64,000 bases of DNA from an uncultured Ruminococcus sp. (GTDB lineage Bacteria; Bacillota; Clostridia; Oscillospirales; CAG-272): the NCBI GenBank assembly GCA_964623635.1, contig CAZUUA010000003.1, positions 69,166-133,165 of the forward strand. Direction: 5' to 3'. Positions 1-11,639 of the stretch are shown here, piece by piece (within the stretch, counting starts at the first letter, position 1; every line of letters begins with the position of its first letter). A program made the position numbers and the translations under genes. Under the pieces are notes generated by a model that searched no databases, had not been told where the DNA came from, and saw nothing but the letters and a program-made list of their open reading frames with translations.

Positions 1-1
1 G

Positions 2-847
2 CAGCTGGAACAGCAAGCGGCACAATTGACCACATTCGAAGAGGACAACAAGATCCTGCAGCAGAAGATAGCGGCTCTGTCTGCACAAATGGCGGCGCAG
101 GAGAAAGCACATTCCGATGCCATCCATGCTCTGCAAACGGAAAAAGCGCAGGCTGAGGAAGTGACTGCGGCGCTTCAGGAGACCTTGCAGCAAACGAAGA
201 AGCAGCTGACCGAGCAACAGGATCTGCTTGCACAACAGAAGAAAGAAGCCGACGAACAGATCGCTGATCTGCATACAGCATTGGAAAAAGAAAAAGCCAA
301 GGCTGCGGAGGAGATCGAACGGTTCAAGGCAGCGTTCAATGAGAACGAAGACAGTGTGGGCTACAAGATCCGGATGTACGACCGGATCAGCGGACAGGTC
401 GGCGATATTTTGCTGGGTGCCAACCGGGATGCTGACGACATTCTGAACGATGCCAAAAAGGAAGCCGAACAGCTGCGGTCTGTGACAGAAGTAGAAATGG
501 AACAAAAACGCAGTGCGGTACAGGCCGAGCTGGATCAGCTACAAGCGGAAACAAAGGCTGAGGCTGTGTGCATTCGAAAAAAGCTTTCGGAGACGGCAGA
601 GACGCTGTTGGCTGATATTTCCGGCGAAATGCACCTGAACATCGAGAACTGCCTGAAGGAGCTTGCCACCTGCATGACCGAAGTGGAAAGCGATACAGAG
701 ACCCTTTTGCAAACGACCCAGAGACGGTATCAGGAAATGAATGAACGGATCCAATACTACCAAAGCTGTATGCAGGAGCACCTGGAAACACGGCTGACAG
801 AAATGGATAAGCAATACGGGATCCCGGAAAACAGGAGCGATGACTGA
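2..847 (+). CDS. coiled-coil protein, N-terminus cut by window edge (function unknown)
   Basis: The frame is open from the window edge, with no stop between nt 2 and the TTG at 26. The sequence is Q/E/K/A-rich and heptad-like (QQKIAALSAQMAAQEKAH, DILNDAKKEAEQLRS). The stop TGA at 845-847 overlaps the ATG of the next gene (TGATG). Confidence 0.55.
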   Translation, partial: QLEQQAAQLTTFEEDNKILQQKIAALSAQMAAQEKAHSDAIHALQTEKAQAEEVTAALQETLQQTKKQLTEQQDLLAQQKKEADEQIADLHTALEKEKAKAAEEIERFKAAFNENEDSVGYKIRMYDRISGQVGDILLGANRDADDILNDAKKEAEQLRSVTEVEMEQKRSAVQAELDQLQAETKAEAVCIRKKLSETAETLLADISGEMHLNIENCLKELATCMTEVESDTETLLQTTQRRYQEMNERIQYYQSCMQEHLETRLTEMDKQYGIPENRSDD

Positions 848-1731
848 TGGAACCGCAGGCAAAAACGATCGGAGAGCGGATCCGGCAGCTGCGCAACAAA
901 CGGGGACTGACCCAAAAGGAATTGGCAGGCGAGCAGATGACCCGGAATATGCTGAGTCTGATCGAAACAGGTAGTGCACTTCCGTCGCTGGCGTCTCTTG
1001 CGTATTTAGCAGAGGTCTTGGAGGTGCCGGTGGATTACTTTTTCTCCAGCACAGAGGAGGATGAAGGACGCTATATCAAGCTTTCGCTGATCGATGGGCT
1101 GCGGCAGCATTACCAGGAAGGACGATATGCCGATTGTGTCACACAGATCCAGGCCATGCCAGCTTCGGCCGTGGACGATGAGGTCGCTCTGATCGGTGCG
1201 CACGCCGGCCTTTGTATCGCCTTGGAAAGTGCTGCTGCGTACGAACTCAAAACGGCGGCAGGTCACCTAAAAAATGCACAGGAATATGTACAGAAAACGG
1301 TGTATGCCAGCGAAGACCTGCGCAAGGCTATCGTATACTATAAGGAGCTATTTGCACTGCTGCCGGTTTCGCAGGAGTTTCCGGAGCGTGTCACAGACCT
1401 ACGAGATGCCAGTGGCTATATCCCGGCAGAAATGCTGTTGTATCTGGGTTCCCTGCGGCTGGTCAGTCGTGGGGCTGTCAGCGGAAAGGAATTTCCCAAG
1501 GATTCTCCTGCTGCCAAACATATCCAGGCCTTGGCTGCATTGGCCTCCAACCGCACCGATCTGGCAGTACGCTTGCTGCATGAGCTGGCACAGGACAATA
1601 CACTTCCCTTTTTCATGCGATTCCGGGTATACTGTGACCTGGAGGATGCAGCTGGTGATGCCGGTGAATACAGGATCGCCTACATGGCAGCACGAAAAAA
1701 ATTGGACCTATTGGAGAACGCAAAAAAATAG
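847..1731 (+). CDS. XRE-family HTH transcriptional regulator with helical-repeat (TPR-like) C-terminal domain
   Basis: The N-terminus IGERIRQLRNKRGLTQKELAG...NMLSLIETG is a classic HTH_3 motif. The remaining ~220 aa are alpha-helical and repeat-like. The start overlaps the upstream stop by 1 nt. Confidence 0.75.
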   Translation: MEPQAKTIGERIRQLRNKRGLTQKELAGEQMTRNMLSLIETGSALPSLASLAYLAEVLEVPVDYFFSSTEEDEGRYIKLSLIDGLRQHYQEGRYADCVTQIQAMPASAVDDEVALIGAHAGLCIALESAAAYELKTAAGHLKNAQEYVQKTVYASEDLRKAIVYYKELFALLPVSQEFPERVTDLRDASGYIPAEMLLYLGSLRLVSRGAVSGKEFPKDSPAAKHIQALAALASNRTDLAVRLLHELAQDNTLPFFMRFRVYCDLEDAAGDAGEYRIAYMAARKKLDLLENAKK

Positions 1732-1746
1732 AAAAGGAGTATTGGT

Positions 1747-3849
1747 ATGAGCAAAACAAAAGATTGGGCAAGAAAACAGGCACAGGAGCTGGTGAGCCAC
1801 ATGACGGTGGAAGAAAAGGCCTCGCAGCTCTTGTACAATTCTCCTGCTATCGAGCGGCTGGGGATCGAGGAGTACAACTGGTGGAACGAAGCATCCCACG
1901 GGTTGGCTCGTTCCGGTATGGCAACTGTATTTCCACACGCCATCGGATTGGCTGCTGCCTTTGATCCGGCGCTGCTGCACGAGGTCGGTGATACCGTATC
2001 CACGGAAGCCAGAGCCAAGTACAACAACAGCGTTGCCCACAACGACAGAGACATCTACAAAGGTCTGACGTTCTGGACGCCAAACATCAATATCTTCCGG
2101 GATCCACGCTGGGGCAGAGGGCAGGAGACCTTTGGAGAAGACCCATATCTGACATCCGTTCTGGCAATGTCCTACATCGATGGCTTGCAGGGAGAAGGAG
2201 AATACCTGAAGTCCGCTGCCTGTGCCAAGCATTTTGCGGTACATTCCGGTCCGGAGGCACTGCGTCACCAGTTCAATGCAGAGGTATCTGACAAGGATCT
2301 GTGGGAGACCTATCTGCCGGCATTCTATTGGTCGGTACGGGATGGCGTTGCCGGTGTTATGGGTGCTTACAATCGTACCAACGGCTATCCCTGCTGTGCA
2401 CAGCCTACGTTGATGCAGGAGATCCTGCGGGAAAAATGGGGCTTTGACGGGTATTTTGTATCCGACTGCTGGGCAATATCCGACATTTGCAAATTCCACC
2501 ACTTCACAGATACCATGACCGAGGCTGCTGCTACTGCGATCCGGACCGGCTGTGACCTGAACTGCGGCGACACCTATTACCATTTGCTGGAAGCCTATGA
2601 GCAGGATCTGATCACGGAAGATGATATCACCCGTGCGGCAGAAAATGTCTTTACCATCCGGTATCGCCTGGGTGAGTTTGCTGCGGAGCGTCCCTATGCC
2701 GATATTCCCTTTGAAAAGTTGGACTGCGCAGAGCACCGAGCATTGAACCTGCACGCTGCGGAAGAATCCATCGTACTGCTGAAGAACGACAATTATTTGC
2801 CATTGGATGTACACACGACCCAAAATATCGCTGTGATCGGGCCCAATGCCATGTCTGTGGTGGCGCTGGAAGGCAACTACAATGGTATGGCTTCGGAATA
2901 TATCACGGTGGCCGATGGTGTGCGCCGGGTCTTCACAGATGCCCATGTACGGGTCGCCAAGGGTACCAATATTTGGCTGGATAAGCGTAACGACTGTACC
3001 GGCTTCTCCAATATGATCAGCGAAGGGATCGCCTATGCCCAGCACGCAGATGTCACGATCCTGTGCCTGGGTTTGGACTGCCACATCGAAGGCGAAGAGA
3101 CCGGCGTCCGCAACGAATACTTTGACAACGGCGACAAGGTACAGTTGGGTCTGCCGAAGACGCAGATGGATCTGGCAGAGGCTGTTTGCGACGTCTGTGA
3201 CAATGTGATCGTGGTAGTGCTGGCCGGCAGTGCTGTGACGCTCAGCGAAAAACTGACTCGTCATGCCAAGGCGATCCTCCACGGCTGGTATCCCGGTGCA
3301 GTGGGTGGACTGGCGATTGCACGGCTGATCGGCGGTTTGTGTTCTCCCAGCGGACGACTGCCGGTGACCTTCTATCGACAGATCGAGGACATTCCTGCCT
3401 TCACCGAATATGGTATGGAAGGCAGAACCTATCGGTATTTCCGGGGTGAACCGCTGTATCCCTTCGGCTATGGTCTGTCCTACACCCACTTCCGGTATGC
3501 AGATCCCAAGGTCACAGCAGAGACGGAGGACACGCTGACCCTTTCGGTTTCGGTATCGAATGTGGGAGACATGGAAGGGATCGAAAAGGTACAGGTGTAT
3601 GGCAGCTTTACCGATTCCCGTACGGCCACGCCGATCTGTCAGCTGTGTGGCATTCAGGCCGTTCGGTTGGCCCCTGGTGAAGAAGCGATCGTGACCCTGA
3701 CGATCCAAAAGTATTGGTTGAAGGCAGTGCTGGCCGACGGTGCTCGTGTTGCCCCGGATGGAAAGATCACCTTGTCCGTAGGCGGTCATCAGCCGGATGC
3801 CCGAAGCGCCGCACTCTGCGAAGACGCTTTGGTGACGATCACCTTATAA
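1747..3849 (+). CDS. glycoside hydrolase family 3 beta-glucosidase/beta-xylosidase (no signal peptide)
   Basis: GH3 hallmarks are present: MTVEEKASQL, NWWNEASHG, FRDPRWGRGQETFGEDP, KHFAVHSG, and the nucleophile context GFDGYFVSDCWA. An AGGAG RBS lies upstream of the ATG. Confidence 0.85.
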   Translation: MSKTKDWARKQAQELVSHMTVEEKASQLLYNSPAIERLGIEEYNWWNEASHGLARSGMATVFPHAIGLAAAFDPALLHEVGDTVSTEARAKYNNSVAHNDRDIYKGLTFWTPNINIFRDPRWGRGQETFGEDPYLTSVLAMSYIDGLQGEGEYLKSAACAKHFAVHSGPEALRHQFNAEVSDKDLWETYLPAFYWSVRDGVAGVMGAYNRTNGYPCCAQPTLMQEILREKWGFDGYFVSDCWAISDICKFHHFTDTMTEAAATAIRTGCDLNCGDTYYHLLEAYEQDLITEDDITRAAENVFTIRYRLGEFAAERPYADIPFEKLDCAEHRALNLHAAEESIVLLKNDNYLPLDVHTTQNIAVIGPNAMSVVALEGNYNGMASEYITVADGVRRVFTDAHVRVAKGTNIWLDKRNDCTGFSNMISEGIAYAQHADVTILCLGLDCHIEGEETGVRNEYFDNGDKVQLGLPKTQMDLAEAVCDVCDNVIVVVLAGSAVTLSEKLTRHAKAILHGWYPGAVGGLAIARLIGGLCSPSGRLPVTFYRQIEDIPAFTEYGMEGRTYRYFRGEPLYPFGYGLSYTHFRYADPKVTAETEDTLTLSVSVSNVGDMEGIEKVQVYGSFTDSRTATPICQLCGIQAVRLAPGEEAIVTLTIQKYWLKAVLADGARVAPDGKITLSVGGHQPDARSAALCEDALVTITL

Positions 3850-3863
3850 TCCCTGTTCCATAC

Positions 3864-3906
3864 AAAAACAGCATACCCCTGTCATATGGGATATGCTGTT
3901 TTTTTG
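3864..3906. terminator. bidirectional rho-independent terminator between convergent GH3 and GH42 genes
   Basis: AAAAACAGCATACCCC-loop-GGGATATGCTGTTTTTTT. The stem is flanked by an A-run and a T-run. Confidence 0.8.
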
Positions 3907-3943
3907 CTCGAAAGTATTTTTATACCATATACACACCGATCGT

Positions 3944-5902
3944 TCAAACACGCTTGAGTACGTGTACACCGTAGGGCTCGATCTGCATCGTACCCGCATC
4001 ATAGGTCACGCTGGTCAGCAGGTCTTCCATCGGTACATCCAATTGGATGGTCGCACTTGCGTTGCCAACCTCGCACAGGATCAGACCTTCTTCGGTACCC
4101 GTACGATCGGCGGCTACCAGCATACCGGTGGTCGTATGAGGCACGATACCAGCCTCTGCCATAGCCAGACGATACAGCTTGTCCAGATTTCCTTCCGACG
4201 GCAGCGTACCGCACAGGATCACCGCACCCTTGCCACAGGGGATCTTGCCAACGATGGTCTTGCCGCAAAGTGCGCTGTGTCCTGCCGTAACATTTGCCCA
4301 TACTTCACCATTTTCCGGCAAGGTATAGCATTCTGCCCAGCGGCGACAGGTCAGTTCGGTGCCGTCCTGCCATGCTGTTTTCAGGACAGAACCATCGGTG
4401 GGCACGGAGTACGCCAGCCGGATTCCCAGCAGGTCTTCCAACATACCCATAGCACGGTCGGTATAATGGGCGCCGATGTCGTTACGTACGTCAGTCAGAG
4501 GACCTGCGACCCAGATGCCACCGTCTTCTACCCAAGCCTTAATCCGTTCTGCCAAATCGCCGTCTTCTAAGGTCATGAGCAGCGGAGAGATCAGCAGCTT
4601 GTAGCCGTCCAGAGTATGCTTGGCACCGATCACGTCCGGACAAATACCACAACGCAACAGTGCTTTATGCATACCGATCACTTCCCCACTGTAGTTCAGA
4701 CCATCCACCACGGGCTGCTGCTCAAAAAGGTTCCAGCTGCGAGAGGTGAAATGCATGGCGACTTTGGCAGATACCTTGGTGTTTTCGATAAAATCGGACG
4801 CCTTGGCAAATTCTTCTGCAGTCTGCTGGATCTCACCGAATACATGACAGGGACGACCTTCCGGAGACAGCACAGAGCCATGGGTCAGCTCATGTCCGGC
4901 CCAATGCTGCCGCCACAGCCAGTACATATTCGCTTCTCCACCCAGTGCGACAGGTAACCAAGAATTGACACGGCAATAGCCTTCCGGCTTCAGTGTTTGA
5001 CCAATGGAAACAGAACCGTTCCAGGTAGTGGCAGTTTCGGTATTCCAGAAGGGTCTATCTTTGAGGGTACGCAGAAAATCGAACCAGAACACCACTTCAT
5101 GCAGATTGCCTGGCACATTGTAATGGTTGAACTGCACCACGTCCAGCGGTTCGGTCATACCTTCGTAGTCCAAACCGTTCAGCGGCATCATGTCGGTACC
5201 GATGGGTGCGTTCGTATACTGCCGCAGGATAGCTGCCTGCCGATGCATGAAATCCATATCGGCTTTGTGGTGTGCCAGTCTCCAATCCAGGTTGATGTGG
5301 GGATTGTGCCATGCGTTGTTTGCAATCGGCACGTCGTCAAAGCTGTCGTAGGCCTGGCTGAACAGATTCAGATTCCATCTGGCATTCAGTTCTTCGATGG
5401 TGCCGTATTTCTCTTTGAGGAAATCGTGGAATGCCTTGACGCAGTGAGAACAGGTACAGCCTGCACCCCATGTGTAGATCTCGTTGTCCAGCTGCCAGCC
5501 AATGACCGCCGGATCCTTGCCGAATTCCCGACCCATGGCGTGAACAATGGCATCGGAGGCTTCGAGATAATGGGGATTGTTGGAGCAGCAGTGCCGTCTG
5601 CCGCCATGACGTGTGCCGGGGTGTATTACATCCGGGAACGCACGGGACAGCCAGATCGGTGGCGTTGCGGTGGGTGTGCCCAGGATCACAGCGATACCGG
5701 CTTCGTGCAGAGCATCCACCACATAGTGCAGCCAATCGAAATCGTACATACCACGCACCGGCTCCATTTTGCGCCAGGCGAATTCACCGATACGGGCACA
5801 GGTGATCCCGGCTTCCTGCATCATATGGATGTCGTAGGCGATCTCTTTGGTATCCCAATCTTCCGGGTAATACGCACATCCTAAAAACGGTTTTATGATC
5901 AT
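3944..5902 (-). CDS. glycoside hydrolase family 42 beta-galactosidase
   Basis: The N-terminus GCAYYPEDWD...EFAWRKMEP and the Cys cluster CCSNNP / CTCSHC (the GH42 Zn site) fit GH42. The size of 652 aa is typical for the family. Confidence 0.85.
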   Translation of the reverse strand: MIIKPFLGCAYYPEDWDTKEIAYDIHMMQEAGITCARIGEFAWRKMEPVRGMYDFDWLHYVVDALHEAGIAVILGTPTATPPIWLSRAFPDVIHPGTRHGGRRHCCSNNPHYLEASDAIVHAMGREFGKDPAVIGWQLDNEIYTWGAGCTCSHCVKAFHDFLKEKYGTIEELNARWNLNLFSQAYDSFDDVPIANNAWHNPHINLDWRLAHHKADMDFMHRQAAILRQYTNAPIGTDMMPLNGLDYEGMTEPLDVVQFNHYNVPGNLHEVVFWFDFLRTLKDRPFWNTETATTWNGSVSIGQTLKPEGYCRVNSWLPVALGGEANMYWLWRQHWAGHELTHGSVLSPEGRPCHVFGEIQQTAEEFAKASDFIENTKVSAKVAMHFTSRSWNLFEQQPVVDGLNYSGEVIGMHKALLRCGICPDVIGAKHTLDGYKLLISPLLMTLEDGDLAERIKAWVEDGGIWVAGPLTDVRNDIGAHYTDRAMGMLEDLLGIRLAYSVPTDGSVLKTAWQDGTELTCRRWAECYTLPENGEVWANVTAGHSALCGKTIVGKIPCGKGAVILCGTLPSEGNLDKLYRLAMAEAGIVPHTTTGMLVAADRTGTEEGLILCEVGNASATIQLDVPMEDLLTSVTYDAGTMQIEPYGVHVLKRV

Positions 5903-5980
5903 ATTGAACCTCCCATAGGTAGCTTTTGGTATAGTATACCATATTTTCCCCGAAAATGGAAGAGGAAAATCACAACTTTT

Positions 5981-6014
5981 ACAAAAAAGGAGGACATCCG
6001 CAGATGCTCTCCTT
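5981..6014 (-). terminator. terminator of the secA-membrane-protein operon
   Basis: The minus strand reads AAGGAGAGCATC-TGCG-GATGTCCTCCTT followed by TTTTTTG. The stem has a 2-nt internal mismatch. Confidence 0.5.
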
Positions 6015-6028
6015 TTGGGTATACAGTT

Positions 6029-7396
6029 TTATATGTCACCGGACACACGGGCATAGATCTCATCCCGGATCCTGGCGGTGGCAGCGTAGGTTTGTGCGAT
6101 CCACAGCAATGTGATGATCACACAGATCACGCCCATGGAGGCCACGTCCACCAGCGCATACCGGTACGCACAGGCAGCGATGGTATTCACCAACGCCAAT
6201 GCCGCATTCAGTAGCAGCTGGGAACCTGCCATATTGGTCAGCTCTACATTGCGATCCTGCGCATGGTACTGCACATGGGTGGTGTCTCCGCCGTAGGTTT
6301 GGAGATGCAGCCGGATCGCACGCCAATATACCACCAAAAACAGCAGCAGTCCGGCAAAAGCAGCGATGTACTCTACCGTCTCCGTAGCTGCCATAGCGTA
6401 ATAGCGAACATAGGCTTTGTCGATCCACTCCACGGCTTCGACTTGATAATCGTCAAAATATCGGATCTGCTGGATCAGGTTCCACACGGACAGACCCGCA
6501 CGGATCACGGCAAAGGGGATCACAGCATAGGACAGCTTTTCATCCTTTCCGATCCACAGGACAGCAGCGATCAAAAATCCGGCAGAAATAGCACCCACCA
6601 TCACGTTCACGCCGTCAAACACACAAAACAGAGAGGTCACGACGGCTGCCAGGTAACAATAGGATACCTTCTTCATACGCATGGCGCAGAACAATTCGTT
6701 TCTTGGTAGGATGTCCCGTTTGTATTTTTGCTGCAGACGAGCGACAAATGCCGTATCCTTACGAATGCCATTCCAATACCGGTAGGTGCGTACATACCAG
6801 GCCACACCCACGATCACCACGATCAGTCCCAGTAGAACATACAGGAATGGCTTATAATCGGAATAGCGAAGAGATATCGTATTGACGGTACCCACATAAT
6901 CGTACAGCTGCAAGGCGGTCAGCTCCGGTGCGATGGAACAAGCGATACGCAGGCCGTAGAACACCCATGCAGAGCGCAGCCAATGTGCACCCAGCTCCAC
7001 ACGTCTTCCCTTTTCTGTATTCCCTTTATGTACCTTTTTGGCATAAACTGCTTCGCCTTGGTACCACAGCCCGGCAAAGTCAAAGCCTTCCTTCAACTCC
7101 TTGGTTGCCGGAATAAAGTACAGCAGCTCCAAAATGGAAAAGACAAAGGTGAGCAGCAGCATACCGGAATCCGAAACCATCGGCCACAGCAAAATGGAAA
7201 AGACTTTCACCAACTCTATAAGTGCCAGCTTCCCGAATTTGTCTCTCGCCTCAGACAAGTGATCCACAAACAATGCTGTTTGAGACAGGCCCTTCATGAT
7301 CAGGAAAAAACCAATGCAGTCCGGCAAAAGATCCAGCACGTGGATCACGGGGTTTATCAGAAACAGAAAGCCCACAAGAATATATCCGATCCCCAT
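6029..7396 (-). CDS. polytopic membrane protein, unknown function (455 aa)
   Basis: The ORF-track N-terminus (to 7648) overlaps the upstream gene. The internal ATG at 7396 is preceded by AAAGGAGAAAAT and lies 10 nt after the upstream stop. There are roughly 10 or more hydrophobic segments, beginning MGIGYILVGFLFLINPVIHVLDLLPDCIGFFLI. Confidence 0.6.
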   Translation of the reverse strand: MGIGYILVGFLFLINPVIHVLDLLPDCIGFFLIMKGLSQTALFVDHLSEARDKFGKLALIELVKVFSILLWPMVSDSGMLLLTFVFSILELLYFIPATKELKEGFDFAGLWYQGEAVYAKKVHKGNTEKGRRVELGAHWLRSAWVFYGLRIACSIAPELTALQLYDYVGTVNTISLRYSDYKPFLYVLLGLIVVIVGVAWYVRTYRYWNGIRKDTAFVARLQQKYKRDILPRNELFCAMRMKKVSYCYLAAVVTSLFCVFDGVNVMVGAISAGFLIAAVLWIGKDEKLSYAVIPFAVIRAGLSVWNLIQQIRYFDDYQVEAVEWIDKAYVRYYAMAATETVEYIAAFAGLLLFLVVYWRAIRLHLQTYGGDTTHVQYHAQDRNVELTNMAGSQLLLNAALALVNTIAACAYRYALVDVASMGVICVIITLLWIAQTYAATARIRDEIYARVSGDI

Positions 7397-7406
7397 ATTT
7401 TCTCCT

Positions 7407-8138
7407 TTATTTCTTCTTTGTCTTTTTCTTTTTGGTACCACGACGTTTTGCTTTTTCCGCTGCCTTTTTTTCGGCTTCCTCCAGCGCAAGCTCCATGGAC
7501 TGCTTGCGATAGGCGTTCTTTTTGTCTTCCACACGGTCAAAAGCATCGCTGAGCTTATTGAGCAGTGGGATCTTGGAACGGCGGTTTTCCATGGGGTCTC
7601 CATCGGCCGGATACAGCATACCGAAGCAGGAATGGAACAGCAGGACATTGACGATCATGCACGCCCAGAAATACAGGTACACCAACAGGCTCACGTAGGA
7701 GATCACGTCCGGAATCCGGAACGAAAGCAAAACGGTACCAAAGTACAGCACATAGTACATAATGCTCATGACCAGATTGCGCATGGCTTTTTCGGCAAGT
7801 CCCGGACATTCCGCACCGGAGGCGATTCCACGGGTACCCAGCAGGATACACACGTGCATACCCAGGGCAGACAACGCTTTGGCACTATCCAAAAGAATAT
7901 CCAGCGTACTGCCGTTTTCCAGCTTATGCAGGGACAACAGCACACCGGCCACCAGTGCCAGTATGGTAAAGACCACACCGGCACCGGCAGCACCCCGGAA
8001 ATATCGATTGTACTCGGCCAGCTTGGTGAAGGCATACAGCATCACCAGGGCACCGATCACATCCGCAAAGAAATACGCTTGTGAGATGGTAAAGGCAAAG
8101 GTCAAAAAATACCCAAATAGTAACAGTCCAAAGCCCAT
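7407..8138 (-). CDS. polytopic membrane protein with coiled, Lys-rich C-terminal tail, unknown function
   Basis: The ATG lies 5 nt after the secA stop, and a GAGGAAG RBS sits inside the secA 3' end. There are about 6 hydrophobic segments. The tail reads ...ELALEEAEKKAAEKAKRRGTKKKKTKKK. Confidence 0.65.
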   Translation of the reverse strand: MGFGLLLFGYFLTFAFTISQAYFFADVIGALVMLYAFTKLAEYNRYFRGAAGAGVVFTILALVAGVLLSLHKLENGSTLDILLDSAKALSALGMHVCILLGTRGIASGAECPGLAEKAMRNLVMSIMYYVLYFGTVLLSFRIPDVISYVSLLVYLYFWACMIVNVLLFHSCFGMLYPADGDPMENRRSKIPLLNKLSDAFDRVEDKKNAYRKQSMELALEEAEKKAAEKAKRRGTKKKKTKKK

Positions 8139-8143
8139 GGAGA

Positions 8144-10924
<2,781 letters not shown>

Positions 10925-11077
10925 TGTTTGACCAGCGCATACTCCTCTATTGTTTTTATAGTTTTTGGTTTTGGGTTCGCTAACACGTTATCCGTATTAT
11001 TATACTACTTTTTTATGGATATTGGTAGTTGTAATTGTAAATTTATTGCTTCACGGCAACTTTTTTTTGCAAAAAAC

Positions 11078-11106
11078 TTGCCAAACGCCGTTTCGTGCGA
11101 TATAAT
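11078..11106 (+). promoter_or_regulatory. sigma-70 promoter for trmL
   Basis: TTGCCA (11078-83), 17-nt spacer, TATAAT (11101-06). An imperfect palindrome GGCAAC-T8-GC-A6-CTTGCC overlaps the -35. Confidence 0.65.
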
Positions 11107-11141
11107 ATCAGTCAGATCGAATCGAAAGGATGTGTTGATTT

Positions 11142-11639
11142 TTGTCTTCCCTTCTGAACATTGTACTCCACCAGCCGGAGATCCCACAGAACACCGGCAA
11201 CATTGCCCGTACCTGTGCGGCCACCGGTGCCTCTTTGCACATCATCAAGCCCATGGGATTCACCATCGATGACCGTAAGCTCAAGCGTGCCGGACTGGAC
11301 TACTGGCATTTGCTGGACATCACCTACTATGAGGATCTATCCGACTTCTATGCACGAAATCCGGCGGCGGCTGTGTATTACTTCACGACCAAGGCACCTC
11401 GTGCGTACACGGAGGTTGCGTATCCTCTGCCGACATACATCATGTTTGGCAAGGAAACGGCCGGGTTGCCGGAGGATCTATTGCAGGCACACTTGGATCA
11501 CTGCGTACGTATCCCCATGCGAGAATCCCTGCGGAGTCTGAATCTGTCCAACTCGGTCGCCATTGCGGTATACGAGGTACTGCGGCAGCACGATTTTCCC
11601 ATGCAACAGCTGGGATCGGATTATCTCACGGCGAAATGA
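11142..11639 (+). CDS. trmL: SpoU/TrmH-family tRNA 2'-O-methyltransferase, TrmL-like
   Basis: The sequence LNIVLHQPEIPQNTGNIARTCAATGASLHIIKPMGF...LNLSNSVAIAVYE is TrmL-like. The start is TTG, with GAAAGGA 11 nt upstream and a consensus promoter further upstream. Confidence 0.8.
   Translation: MSSLLNIVLHQPEIPQNTGNIARTCAATGASLHIIKPMGFTIDDRKLKRAGLDYWHLLDITYYEDLSDFYARNPAAAVYYFTTKAPRAYTEVAYPLPTYIMFGKETAGLPEDLLQAHLDHCVRIPMRESLRSLNLSNSVAIAVYEVLRQHDFPMQQLGSDYLTAK

Noticed and set aside
6029-7648. N-terminal extensions in the ORF track for several genes: 6029-7648, 14956-16629, 26444-27484, 31893-32729, 42174-43082, 42956-43786, 45533-46369, 53918-54613 and 62462-63160.
   Set aside because: The extensions overlap upstream genes or run through promoter regions, and they have odd Arg/Cys-rich composition. 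In each case an internal ATG with a good Shine-Dalgarno matches the expected family N-terminus.
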